NCBI GenBank assembly: GCA_964573095.1
Contig: CAZNIK010000001.1
Coordinates: 121,004 to 185,003 of the forward strand
Length of the DNA stretch: 64,000 nt
Direction of reading: 5' to 3'
Source: an uncultured Candidatus Saccharibacteria bacterium
Lineage (GTDB): Bacteria; Patescibacteriota; Saccharimonadia; Saccharimonadales; 2-12-FULL-41-12
In this document: piece after piece, positions 37,175-45,630 of the stretch
Layout: each line of letters starts with the position of its first letter
How positions within the stretch are numbered: the first letter of the stretch is position 1
Position numbers and translations under genes: made by a program
The notes under the pieces: model-generated
Told to the model about the DNA's origin: nothing
Seen by the model: only the letters and a program-made list of their open reading frames with translations
Database searches by the model: none

Positions 37175-38011
37175 ATGAGGCTAAAGAGTACGGAACCCGC
37201 AAGCAGAACGGTTATTATTACCGGTGCATCTTCGGGCATCGGTAGGGCCACTGCCCTTTACTTTGCATATCAAGGGTGGAACGTAGTTGCAACGTCAAGA
37301 AGTGGCAAAAGGCTTGAAGAATTTCGGGAATATGCTAATATTTCTTGTCAAAAACTGGATGTAACCAATCAAGAATCAATCCGTAGCGTGATAGAAAAAA
37401 CTGCAAAGAAGTATGCGTCGATTAATGTGGTTGTAAATAACGCGGGGTATGGAACTCTTGGGGCGTTTGAAGCATCAACCCCGAGTCAAGTTAGGGCGCA
37501 ATTTGACGTAAATGTGTTTGGGTTAATGGATGTCGTTCGTGAAGTTGTACCGGTTTTTCGAAAACAAAAACATGGGGTAATTGTGAACATTTCCTCGATG
37601 GGCGGTCGAATCACCTTCCCTCTGTATGGCGTGTATCACGCAACCAAGTGGGCTGTTGAGGGGTTTAGCGAATCGCTAGCGTATGAATTGCGACCATTTG
37701 GAATTACCGTTAAATTGATCGAGCCTGGAACAATCAAAACCGAATTTATTGGCAAGTCTGAGGTGCGGTTTTCTAAGCGTGGGCTGAAAGAATATAGTGA
37801 TTATGAAAAGATGGTCGTCAGTAATTTTCACAAATCCTATAGAGATGCTACAAATCCGATCGTGGTTGCAAAAAAGATATATCAAGCTAGTACTGATGGC
37901 AAAAATAAGCTTCGCTACCCCGTGGCAAAGCCGGCTTTATCACTCATATTGCTCAAAAAACTGCTGCCAGAGTCGGTGTTTTTTTGGTTTGTTCGTTCTC
38001 AGCTGAAATAA
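37175..38011 (+). CDS. SDR family oxidoreductase
   Basis: TGASSGIGRA, NNAG and the catalytic YHATK. Confidence 0.88.
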   Translation: MRLKSTEPASRTVIITGASSGIGRATALYFAYQGWNVVATSRSGKRLEEFREYANISCQKLDVTNQESIRSVIEKTAKKYASINVVVNNAGYGTLGAFEASTPSQVRAQFDVNVFGLMDVVREVVPVFRKQKHGVIVNISSMGGRITFPLYGVYHATKWAVEGFSESLAYELRPFGITVKLIEPGTIKTEFIGKSEVRFSKRGLKEYSDYEKMVVSNFHKSYRDATNPIVVAKKIYQASTDGKNKLRYPVAKPALSLILLKKLLPESVFFWFVRSQLK

Positions 38012-38017
38012 TTCGAG

Positions 38018-39238
38018 TTAATTGGAAAATAGGTCCAAGTCTTTGAGTTCGGGTGGCAAAAAACCATTTTTGTGCACAAACCCGGCTTCCCACTTGGTTC
38101 CCTCTCCGTAACCGAGATCCTTCATTAGTTTGGTCGGTGAATTTCTTAGATGAAGCGGCACTGGAAGATCTGAGTTTTCGGAAGCGGCTTTTTTGGCTCT
38201 ATTCATAGCGTTTGTCACCGCTCGAGATTTTTTGCATTTTGCCAAGACGGTCGCACAGTGATACAGATTATATTCGCACTCGGGCATTCCTATCCGCTCG
38301 ACAGCTAAAAACGTCGAAACAGCAATGTTGAGCGCTGCTGAAGCCTCGAGTCCAATATCTTCGCTTGCAAAGATTACCATTCGTCGTGCGATGAATTTTG
38401 GGTCTTCTCCTGCTTGTAGCATTCTGGCGAGATAGTAGAGCGCGGCGTTTGCATCGCTCCCCCGCAAGGCTTTAATAAAAGCGCTTATGACATTGTAGTG
38501 ATACTCGCCCTTCTTGTCGTAGCTGGGTAGTCTTTTTTGGGCCGCGGCCTCTATTTTTTCTTTGGACAAGGAGGTCGAATCGAGTGTGAGGGCAAGCTCT
38601 AGGTTTCCCAAAGCCACGCGGGCGTCTCCGTTCGCTAATTCGGCCAAATATTCTATGCTCTCTTTGGGAAAAACAGCCTGGGAAATGTGTAGCTGTTTGG
38701 CTGCTTGATTGAGTATCCTGACTAGCTCTCGTTTGCTTAATGGCTCTAAAACCAACACCTTGCTACGGCTGAGCAGCGGGTTGATCACTTCAAAGCTCGG
38801 ATTCTCCGTGGTTGCACCGATGAGGATAATTGTTCCGTTCTCGACGTGAGGCAAAAAGGCGTCTTGCTGAGCTTTGTTAAATCGATGTATTTCATCAACA
38901 AACAGGGTAGTTCTCTGTTTTAGTCGTTGGTTTTGTTTGGCGTGTTCAATCACCTTTGAAACATCTGCCTTCCCCGAGGTAACTGCGCTCAGTTCGATGA
39001 AATCAGTCTTTGTTTCCTGGGCGATTATTCGAGCAAGTGTTGTCTTGCCGCTTCCAGGAGGACCCCATAGTATGAGGCTCACCGGTTGTTTACTTTTTAT
39101 TATCTCTCGCACAAGCTGTCCTTTGCCGGTAAGGTGTGTTTGGCCGACAAACTGTTTGAGGCTTTTGGGCCGCATTCTTTCTGCAAGTGGCGTAGACATA
39201 CTACCCATTATACGCAGTTGTTTTGCTTGTGCTTGCAA
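38018..39238 (-). CDS. rarA: replication-associated recombination protein A (AAA+ ATPase RarA/MgsA)
   Basis: PLAERMRPKSLKQFVGQTHL, Walker A GPPGSGKTT, Walker B LFVDEIHRFNK and the MgsA C-terminal domain (YDKKGEYHYNVISAFIKALRGSDANAALYYLARM). The true start is probably ATG 39199 or 39208. Confidence 0.93.
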   Translation of the reverse strand: MQAQAKQLRIMGSMSTPLAERMRPKSLKQFVGQTHLTGKGQLVREIIKSKQPVSLILWGPPGSGKTTLARIIAQETKTDFIELSAVTSGKADVSKVIEHAKQNQRLKQRTTLFVDEIHRFNKAQQDAFLPHVENGTIILIGATTENPSFEVINPLLSRSKVLVLEPLSKRELVRILNQAAKQLHISQAVFPKESIEYLAELANGDARVALGNLELALTLDSTSLSKEKIEAAAQKRLPSYDKKGEYHYNVISAFIKALRGSDANAALYYLARMLQAGEDPKFIARRMVIFASEDIGLEASAALNIAVSTFLAVERIGMPECEYNLYHCATVLAKCKKSRAVTNAMNRAKKAASENSDLPVPLHLRNSPTKLMKDLGYGEGTKWEAGFVHKNGFLPPELKDLDLFSN

Positions 39239-39267
39239 ATACTACCCCAGTTACTCATAGTTGAGAC

Positions 39268-39861
39268 ATGAACGTTAATCGAACAGTCCAGATTATTGGC
39301 TTTGGAATAGTTGCGCTAATTGTTATTGCTTTTTCTGTTTTTGCCTTCAGTCGTATTCGAAATAACCCCTCCCCATCCAGCCAAAAACCCCAAGAACAAA
39401 GCACAAAGAAGCTTTCGGATTACTCCACAACGAATGCGGCAGTAAGTTTTATTGTCGAAGGCAAGACGAATGGCGGAGAGCAACATCGAGAAGTGAGGGT
39501 TAATGTTGATAAGTTCAATCGCTCACTGCTCATTTTTGAGGGATATCAAGGGAAAATTATTCGACAAGAGAATTTTCCTAATTCGGAGCAAGGGTATAAG
39601 GAATTTTTGGCAGCTTTGGAAAAAGCCGGGTTCTCGGTGCGACGCGAAGGAGCCAAAACCATAAGCCCAGACGGGCAGTGTTCTCTGGGAAAGCGATACT
39701 ACTATCAAGCAACTGAAGTCGCTGGTTTTCCAGCAGACTTGTGGAGTTCGTCATGTGGACGAGCTGTTGGCACATTTGGCGGCAACTTTTCTGTTGTTCA
39801 GCAGCTATTTCAACTTCAGATACCAGACTACTCAAAACTTACACAAGATGTGAAGTTCTAG
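39268..39861 (+). CDS. hypothetical membrane-anchored/secreted protein
   Basis: 197 aa with an N-terminal TM helix (IIGFGIVALIVIAFSVFAF). No family recognised. Confidence 0.5.
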   Translation: MNVNRTVQIIGFGIVALIVIAFSVFAFSRIRNNPSPSSQKPQEQSTKKLSDYSTTNAAVSFIVEGKTNGGEQHREVRVNVDKFNRSLLIFEGYQGKIIRQENFPNSEQGYKEFLAALEKAGFSVRREGAKTISPDGQCSLGKRYYYQATEVAGFPADLWSSSCGRAVGTFGGNFSVVQQLFQLQIPDYSKLTQDVKF

Positions 39862-39965
39862 ATAGAACCACGCAATCCACTTTTGCTTTGTTGACAATTG
39901 CTATATTAGCGCGTATAAAAATAAGCAAGAAGGGGTGGGACTAACAAAATAAGGAGGAACACCCT

Positions 39966-40382
39966 ATGGCTAAAAACATAGAACGTCCGTTTTCAGTAAC
40001 ATTAGTAATGGTTTACGCAGCCTTTATTGGCCTGCTGAATATTGGGTTGGGAATATTCACACTTGTAGACCGAAATGACTCGGTACTGATTCGTGAGTCA
40101 CTTCATTCGCCGGCCCAGCTTACTACCGCGGGGATTATTGCGATCGTATTTGGCTCGATTCAGTTGTTGCTTGCAGCAGCGCTTGGTCAAGGCAACAATC
40201 TTGTAAGAATGTTGTTTGCTGTTATCGCTGCGTTTAACTTGGCAGTCGGCGCGTGGGGTGCACTTGCGCTTTCTGGCGAACAGCGTGTAACAGGCGTGTT
40301 TGCAGTTGTGTTTGCAGTGCTTACGCTATTCCTGCTGTTCAACAAGAAGGCAGATGAGTATTTCGAACAAGCGAACTCTTAG
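39966..40382 (+). CDS. hypothetical membrane protein
   Basis: 138 aa with four hydrophobic helices. AAGGAGGA lies upstream. Confidence 0.55.
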   Translation: MAKNIERPFSVTLVMVYAAFIGLLNIGLGIFTLVDRNDSVLIRESLHSPAQLTTAGIIAIVFGSIQLLLAAALGQGNNLVRMLFAVIAAFNLAVGAWGALALSGEQRVTGVFAVVFAVLTLFLLFNKKADEYFEQANS

Positions 40383-40400
40383 TCGTTCGGTCGTAGTTAA

Positions 40401-40430
40401 AAGAGCGCCCACTAGCGGGCGCTCTTTTTT
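40401..40430. terminator. bidirectional intrinsic terminator between convergent genes
   Basis: GAGCGCCC (40403-40410) pairs with GGGCGCTC (40417-40424). It is flanked by an A-run upstream and TTTTTT (40425-40430) downstream. Confidence 0.8.
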
Positions 40431-40453
40431 GGGTATTCTTTAGGGTGAGTGTT

Positions 40454-42178
40454 TTATGCAGCGGCAAAATATACGTCGTCTAGATACGCAGTAATGCCAG
40501 ATCCCTTAGTAACTATCACTTGCACGCTTGCAGTCTTGACGTTTGTAGAAGTTGGTTTGTAGGTAAAGCTAATGGTACGCGCCCCTTTATTCCTTCTCTC
40601 ATAAATGTACTTTCCAGATATCCAGTTTCCAAGAGCATCATATTCGTCAACATAAAACGCGAACGCACCACTGGTACGGGTTTTTACGTTGGTGTAGGCC
40701 TTGAAGGTGTGTGTTTTTGTGGCGTCTACTGCGACCTTTGGCGAAAATAAATGTATGTTTTTTGTTGTTGAGGCGGTCAACTTGATAGAGTTTTGCTTTG
40801 TAGTTCCACCGTTGTTTAGTTGATCAAGTACCACATTGGTAGCTGAGTCTGTGGTCCAGCCTTGCGTGAGTCCCGCATCAAACGATGCATTGGCCAAAAG
40901 ATTTGGGCTTGGCGCTGGAGGGATTGGTGGTGGTGTTGGCGAGTTGCTTGACGTAGAAAACCACTTTACGTTATCGATGTATAGCTCAATATTTGAATTT
41001 GCGGTAACTATCACTTGAAGGCTTGAGGTATAGACACTAACACTACTTGGCTTGTATGTGACATTGAGACTTTTGGTGTAATCGTTTCTTACGGCGCCCA
41101 GATATATGCCAGATATCCATGTGCCGCTAAGGTTGTACTCATCAATATAGAACGCAACTTCCCCACCTTGGAGGGTGCTGGCATTCAAAAAGCCCTTTAG
41201 AACATAGGTTTCTGTTGGGTTTACCGACACTTGAGTAGAGTGAACGTGGATGTTTTGTGTCGATGAGGTGACGGCTAAGCTGTTGGTTGCGTCTGGCGAG
41301 CTCCCCTTGGATTGTGTGTTGACACTTACGTTGCTCGGCGCATCGGTCGTCCAACCCGTTTGTCCTTGATTAAAAGTTGAATTTGACAGCAAGTTTGTGT
41401 CGCTATTCACGAGTCCAGCAGTAATATTGGGTGTCGCCATATTAAGCGACTTTACGTACTGTGCGATAGATCTTAAGTCATTCGTGCCATATTCGTAATC
41501 TTGAGGATCAGAGCTTGGTACGTCTTTGATGTCATGGAATACCAAGATAAGCCAGGTGTTGTTTTGCTTTGCTGAATCGATATAGCTCTTTACAGTCTGG
41601 ACACTTACCCCAGTTTGCACTTGCTGAACCTTTAAAAGATAGTCTGAATAGGGCCACGCATTATAACCCTTATCATGAAATGGCCGATGTGACGTGTAAT
41701 GTCGAGCAATCGCCTCGATAACTTGACCATTATAATCGCCAAACGGTGTTGCGTAGCTCGTCGGCGTAAAACCGTGCTGGATAAGTGTTTGCTTGCAATT
41801 TGCAGCTTCGGTTTCCATCTGTTGGGGTGTAATCTGGGTTGATAGCGGATGAGTTACACTATGTCCGCCAATTTCCCACCCATATGTCGTCGATAGTTGG
41901 GTCACATCGGCCCACGTCATGTACTCTGCCGAACTACCAATAAAGCCGGTCGTCACATAGTTTGTGCCACTGATGCCGCTTTCGCTCAAGACAGGGGCCG
42001 CTTTTGTGAGCGCACTCTTATAGCCGTCATCAAAGGTGAAGCTTACCTTCCCTTGTGCGCTCAAACTTGTTGATGCAGCGCTGGCTTTTGGGCTGTAGCA
42101 TACGACACCGATTGCCATGATTAAGCCAACCACAAGCAGTGTGCGTTTTTGTGAACTGCTCCGTATTCGTGCGAACAT
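40454..42178 (-). CDS. secreted polysaccharide deacetylase (CE4/NodB) with two tandem CBM-like C-terminal modules
   Basis: Signal peptide (..SPKASAAST). NodB motifs FTFDDGY and GGHSVTHP. Then two ~150-aa homologous modules (NLLSNSTFNQGQTGWTTD... and NLLANASFDAGLTQGWTTD...) joined by the linker SPTPPPIPPAPSP. Confidence 0.85.
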   Translation of the reverse strand: MFARIRSSSQKRTLLVVGLIMAIGVVCYSPKASAASTSLSAQGKVSFTFDDGYKSALTKAAPVLSESGISGTNYVTTGFIGSSAEYMTWADVTQLSTTYGWEIGGHSVTHPLSTQITPQQMETEAANCKQTLIQHGFTPTSYATPFGDYNGQVIEAIARHYTSHRPFHDKGYNAWPYSDYLLKVQQVQTGVSVQTVKSYIDSAKQNNTWLILVFHDIKDVPSSDPQDYEYGTNDLRSIAQYVKSLNMATPNITAGLVNSDTNLLSNSTFNQGQTGWTTDAPSNVSVNTQSKGSSPDATNSLAVTSSTQNIHVHSTQVSVNPTETYVLKGFLNASTLQGGEVAFYIDEYNLSGTWISGIYLGAVRNDYTKSLNVTYKPSSVSVYTSSLQVIVTANSNIELYIDNVKWFSTSSNSPTPPPIPPAPSPNLLANASFDAGLTQGWTTDSATNVVLDQLNNGGTTKQNSIKLTASTTKNIHLFSPKVAVDATKTHTFKAYTNVKTRTSGAFAFYVDEYDALGNWISGKYIYERRNKGARTISFTYKPTSTNVKTASVQVIVTKGSGITAYLDDVYFAAA

Positions 42179-42327
42179 AAGTCTCTTTAATCTCCTTACT
42201 ATTAAGATAACTATACAATCTATTTGAATAATAGACTATCATATTACAAAGCGAATAAAAATTGCTTGTGTTTATATAGCCATTTTTTAACGAATCTAAG
42301 CTCAACCGTTAATAATATAAAATATAC

Positions 42328-42356
42328 TTTACAAAAATACATCAATAGTGTATATT
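42328..42356 (+). promoter_or_regulatory. sigma70-like promoter upstream of the LPNTG mini-ORF
   Basis: TTTACA (42328-42333), a 17-nt spacer, then TATATT (42351-42356), within an AT-rich divergent intergenic region. Confidence 0.5.
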
Positions 42357-42370
42357 TGTTAATTAGATAA

Positions 42371-42412
42371 AGAGAGGGTATTTCGGGTCTAACCCGAAGA
42401 CTCTCTTTTTTT
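42371..42412 (+). terminator. terminator-like hairpin plus U7 in the leader of the LPNTG mini-ORF (attenuator or tiny sRNA)
   Basis: AGAGAG (42371-76) pairs with CTCTCT (42401-06), and TCGGGT (42383-88) pairs with ACCCGA (42392-97), followed by T7. There is no upstream plus-strand gene for it to terminate. Confidence 0.5.
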
Positions 42413-42437
42413 ATCTTTAAGATAACGAGGAGTTAAT

Positions 42438-42626
42438 ATGTACGAAGGCGGACGTGGTGCAGGTTTTGTGCCGGTGGCAAGTACTTCAGCAGGTGTGCTC
42501 ATTCTTCCCAACACGGGCGGAAGCATTGCCCTAACAGTCCTTTCTATTCTACTCATCGCAGTAGGTGGATTAGTGATTGTTTCTACTGCTGCAAGATTTC
42601 TTGCAAAGAAAATGTTTAAGGCTTAG
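42438..42626 (+). CDS. 62-aa LPNTG sorting-signal mini-protein (candidate dedicated sortase substrate)
   Basis: GAGGAG lies 6 nt upstream, and an in-frame TAA 15 nt upstream excludes a longer N-terminus. MYEGGRGAGFVPVASTSAGVLI-LPNTG-GSIALTVLSILLIAVGGLVIVSTAA-RFLAKKMFKA has the motif, a hydrophobic span and a basic tail. Confidence 0.65.
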   Translation: MYEGGRGAGFVPVASTSAGVLILPNTGGSIALTVLSILLIAVGGLVIVSTAARFLAKKMFKA

Positions 42627-42655
42627 AAGGCAAGAAGCTAGGTACATTCGGTTAA

Positions 42656-42700
42656 AGAGGGTGAGCATTTAATAAAATTTAAGTGTTCGTCCTCTTTTTT
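42656..42700 (+). terminator. strong intrinsic terminator between the mini-ORF and the sortase gene
   Basis: A continuous 17-bp stem (42656-42672 with 42679-42695, including G-U pairs), loop TAAAAT, then TTTTT (42696-42700). Confidence 0.75.
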
Positions 42701-42725
42701 AACGTCTTTAGCAAGGTGGATATTT

Positions 42726-43322
42726 ATGAATATTAGATTCAATCTGAGCGTCGGTGTGCTGTTTATTGCCGCCGGTCTTTTGGTAGGGCAAGGCTCCGTT
42801 GTGGAGCTTGCAAAGGGGTTAGTCGAAAAAGACCGAGTTGTTTCTACAGCGCAAGAAAAGAGCGCCGAAACACAAACACCGCAACAGCACCAAAATTCGG
42901 TGCCTGTAATTGAAGGGCGCCCAGTGCGCATCGTGATTCCGTCGCTAGGAATAGACCTTCAAGTGATTGATGGGAGCTATCGGCAACCAAACTTCGAATG
43001 GACGCTCAGCAAGGATAAAGCCCAGTTTGCAACAAACACCCAGCAACCAAATAACATATCTGGCAATACGTTTATTTACGGACACAACAACAAATATGTT
43101 TTTTCCAAACTGCCAGCCATAAAACCAGGCGAACAAGCGATCGTGTACACCGATAATGGCCACAGATTCACCTATTCCTATAAAAGCGCGCAAACGGTCA
43201 AGCCCCAATCGACCGAGATTTTTAACTATCGAGGTGGTCCACGACTCACGCTTCAAACATGCACTGGATTTTGGTACGAAAATCGAAGCTTGTATCGATT
43301 TGATCTGGTTGAGGCTCAATAA
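42726..43322 (+). CDS. sortase family transpeptidase (class E/F-like), membrane-anchored
   Basis: An N-terminal TM helix, catalytic His in FIYGHNN, Cys in LTLQTCTG (TLxTC), and Arg in ENRSLYRF. RBS AAGGTGGA. Confidence 0.85.
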   Translation: MNIRFNLSVGVLFIAAGLLVGQGSVVELAKGLVEKDRVVSTAQEKSAETQTPQQHQNSVPVIEGRPVRIVIPSLGIDLQVIDGSYRQPNFEWTLSKDKAQFATNTQQPNNISGNTFIYGHNNKYVFSKLPAIKPGEQAIVYTDNGHRFTYSYKSAQTVKPQSTEIFNYRGGPRLTLQTCTGFWYENRSLYRFDLVEAQ

Positions 43323-43324
43323 TA

Positions 43325-44590
43325 ATGCTGTACGACTTTCTATTCTATCTATTTGTTACCGTCAGCGTGGTTAATATTGCTCATCTGGGCATGTATTTGG
43401 TGGGTGCCAATATCTACGATATTAAATCCTATAAAGACACGCAAAAATCGAATCGTAGGAACCGCAGGAAACTTGCACCTCTCGTTAGCATACTAATTCC
43501 AGCTCATAATGAAGAAGAATCGATTATTCGATGCATTGACTCTGTTCGAAGAAATACTTATCGAAAGATTGAAATTATTGTTATCGATGATGCTTCGACC
43601 GACAATACGAAGCAGCTTGTAAGGGATTACATATCTAAATATCCAAATAGGTCAATAACGCTTACTTTCCGACGGATAAACCAAGGGAAGGCCCAGGCCT
43701 TAAATCACGCCCTAAAAAGAAAAGCTAGGGGCGAGTTGGTAATGACACTGGACGGAGACTCTGTGCTGGACAGGTTTGCCATAAAGCGGGCGGTTAACTA
43801 CTTTTCGGACCCAAAAGTTGTTGGAGTTGCGGCAAACGTCAGAGTGATGGAAAGCATGACAGTTCTTGGTTTATTGCAAAGGTTCGAACATATGGTCGGC
43901 TATCGCTCAAAGAAGTTTTATTCGGTTTCGAACAGTGAGTATATTATTGGAGGTGTTGCGTCTACCTATCAACGTGAGGTAATAAAGAAAGTTCGGTACT
44001 ACGACCACGATACTCTTACTGAAGATATTGGGCTTAGCCTTAAGGTCGCTGCCCTCGGAAATAAGGCAAACAGACTCGTGTATGGGGTGGATGTTATGGC
44101 GTCAACTGAGGGGGTGCACTCGTTTAAGGCACTTCTTAACCAGCGCTACAGATGGAAAATGGGTGGTTTACAAAACATTGTAAAGCACCGACAACTGGCA
44201 CTGCGTACGCCCAAAACGCACAGCATGGGGTTGAGTTACTATCGTATACCGATGGCCTTTATTGGAGAAGCAATGTTGCTGGCGGAACCATTGCTTCTGG
44301 CATACGTCATTTATTTGAGTATCATAAGCGGCAACTTTGCAATGTTCGCCGGTGCGTATATGATAGTTTCGCTATATATTATGTTGGTATTAGCTCACGA
44401 TGAACATACGAGATTTCGAGATAAAACAAGATTAGTTGGCTACATACCTATTTTGTATTTCGTATTTTTTATTATGAACGTGGTGCAGCTGATTTCAATT
44501 CTTCGCTGTGCTGCCAACTACAAGCTCATTAGCGGGAAAAGAAAAGTTTCTGGTACATGGATTTCTCCCGAGAGGCTCAGAACGACGTAG
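43325..44590 (+). CDS. processive family-2 glycosyltransferase (PgaC/IcaA/cellulose-synthase-like), polytopic
   Basis: SILIPAHNEE, VIDDASTDNT, TLDGDSVL (DxD), TEDIGLS (TED) and QRYRWKMG (QxxRW), with N- and C-terminal TM helices. It starts 2 nt after the sortase stop. Confidence 0.85.
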   Translation: MLYDFLFYLFVTVSVVNIAHLGMYLVGANIYDIKSYKDTQKSNRRNRRKLAPLVSILIPAHNEEESIIRCIDSVRRNTYRKIEIIVIDDASTDNTKQLVRDYISKYPNRSITLTFRRINQGKAQALNHALKRKARGELVMTLDGDSVLDRFAIKRAVNYFSDPKVVGVAANVRVMESMTVLGLLQRFEHMVGYRSKKFYSVSNSEYIIGGVASTYQREVIKKVRYYDHDTLTEDIGLSLKVAALGNKANRLVYGVDVMASTEGVHSFKALLNQRYRWKMGGLQNIVKHRQLALRTPKTHSMGLSYYRIPMAFIGEAMLLAEPLLLAYVIYLSIISGNFAMFAGAYMIVSLYIMLVLAHDEHTRFRDKTRLVGYIPILYFVFFIMNVVQLISILRCAANYKLISGKRKVSGTWISPERLRTT

Positions 44591-44626
44591 TCCTATTCTC
44601 CGCAAAGTGGCGGAAATGCCTTGCCG

Positions 44627-44857
44627 CTATTTTTTGAAGCGGGCGAGAATACTTGCAATTGCGGTTAGTGGACTTGCAACTTTTTTGGCGGATTCACTTA
44701 TGCTTTGAAAGTTTCGGGCGGCGTGCTCAATGTGGTCAACAGCCCTGTTGATCTTTTTTATTATGGCTATTACCAAGCTCAGCGCAACAATACCAAGAAG
44801 CAGAAATACTCCTAGAAATATCGAGAGAATAATTACTAAAGTTTCGTAGGCATCCAT
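44627..44857 (-). CDS. small membrane protein, DUF948-like
   Basis: 76 aa. One N-terminal TM helix followed by an amphipathic helix (KKINRAVDHIEHAARNFQSISESAKK). Confidence 0.4.
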   Translation of the reverse strand: MDAYETLVIILSIFLGVFLLLGIVALSLVIAIIKKINRAVDHIEHAARNFQSISESAKKVASPLTAIASILARFKK

Positions 44858-44888
44858 TGTTAGGCTTATTATATAACATAAACTCTAT

Positions 44889-45608
44889 TTATCGCAAACT
44901 TTTGGTCGATTGCTTCTTTGCAAATAAGACGGCAACCACTCCCCCGGCGTTGATCGTCCAGTGCAGAAGCCAAGGAGCAATAATGGTGTTTGAGATAATT
45001 CGCAAATGACAGAACACGACGCCAGCGAGCGCTGTTGCCATAACAGTTGCGGCTACAAAGGCAGTTTTGTTTGTGAGATTTTGGTTACTCCGTCGGTAAC
45101 TATTCACATTCATGCCATTAATCGCCGGAAATATATGCCACAAGCCAAAAACAAGCGAACTTAACACCACTGCTACACCGGTCTGGTGGTACGCGAGGAA
45201 TAAGGCCAGTAAAAAGCCGCGAAACAGGAATTCTTCAAACAACGCTGTTATTAAGGGTATTCGAAAAAGAGTTTCATATAAAATTCGACTAGTTTTTGTT
45301 TTGAGAATCGAAGTTTGCGACAGAAAATAGCCGTGGAGAAGCGGTAAGTGCGCAAGCCCGATCGCAATGATGAGCAACGCAAGCGATGCCATAGCCGCGA
45401 TCAACACTCCCTTCGGAATGTAGGTAATCCCCAGTCCCAGCTCGCCTATACTTAGACCAATCAGATGCGCGATCCCAAGAACGACTAGGGCAAAAGCGCC
45501 GTTGGTTAGCCAGTGAATTTTTGTGGGAATAACCCGCGAAAGAAGGATGCCGTACGCCAGCACGACGATAGATAGCCCTAGTTGTGTGATGAATGCGCTC
45601 CCCAGCAT
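44889..45608 (-). CDS. CPBP family intramembrane glutamic endopeptidase (CAAX protease/Abi-like)
   Basis: ALFEEFLFRGFLL (EExxxR), FGLWH and LLHWTINAGG motifs in a polytopic protein. Confidence 0.8.
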   Translation of the reverse strand: MLGSAFITQLGLSIVVLAYGILLSRVIPTKIHWLTNGAFALVVLGIAHLIGLSIGELGLGITYIPKGVLIAAMASLALLIIAIGLAHLPLLHGYFLSQTSILKTKTSRILYETLFRIPLITALFEEFLFRGFLLALFLAYHQTGVAVVLSSLVFGLWHIFPAINGMNVNSYRRSNQNLTNKTAFVAATVMATALAGVVFCHLRIISNTIIAPWLLHWTINAGGVVAVLFAKKQSTKSLR

Positions 45609-45630
45609 AGGCGCTAGTATAAACTATTTA

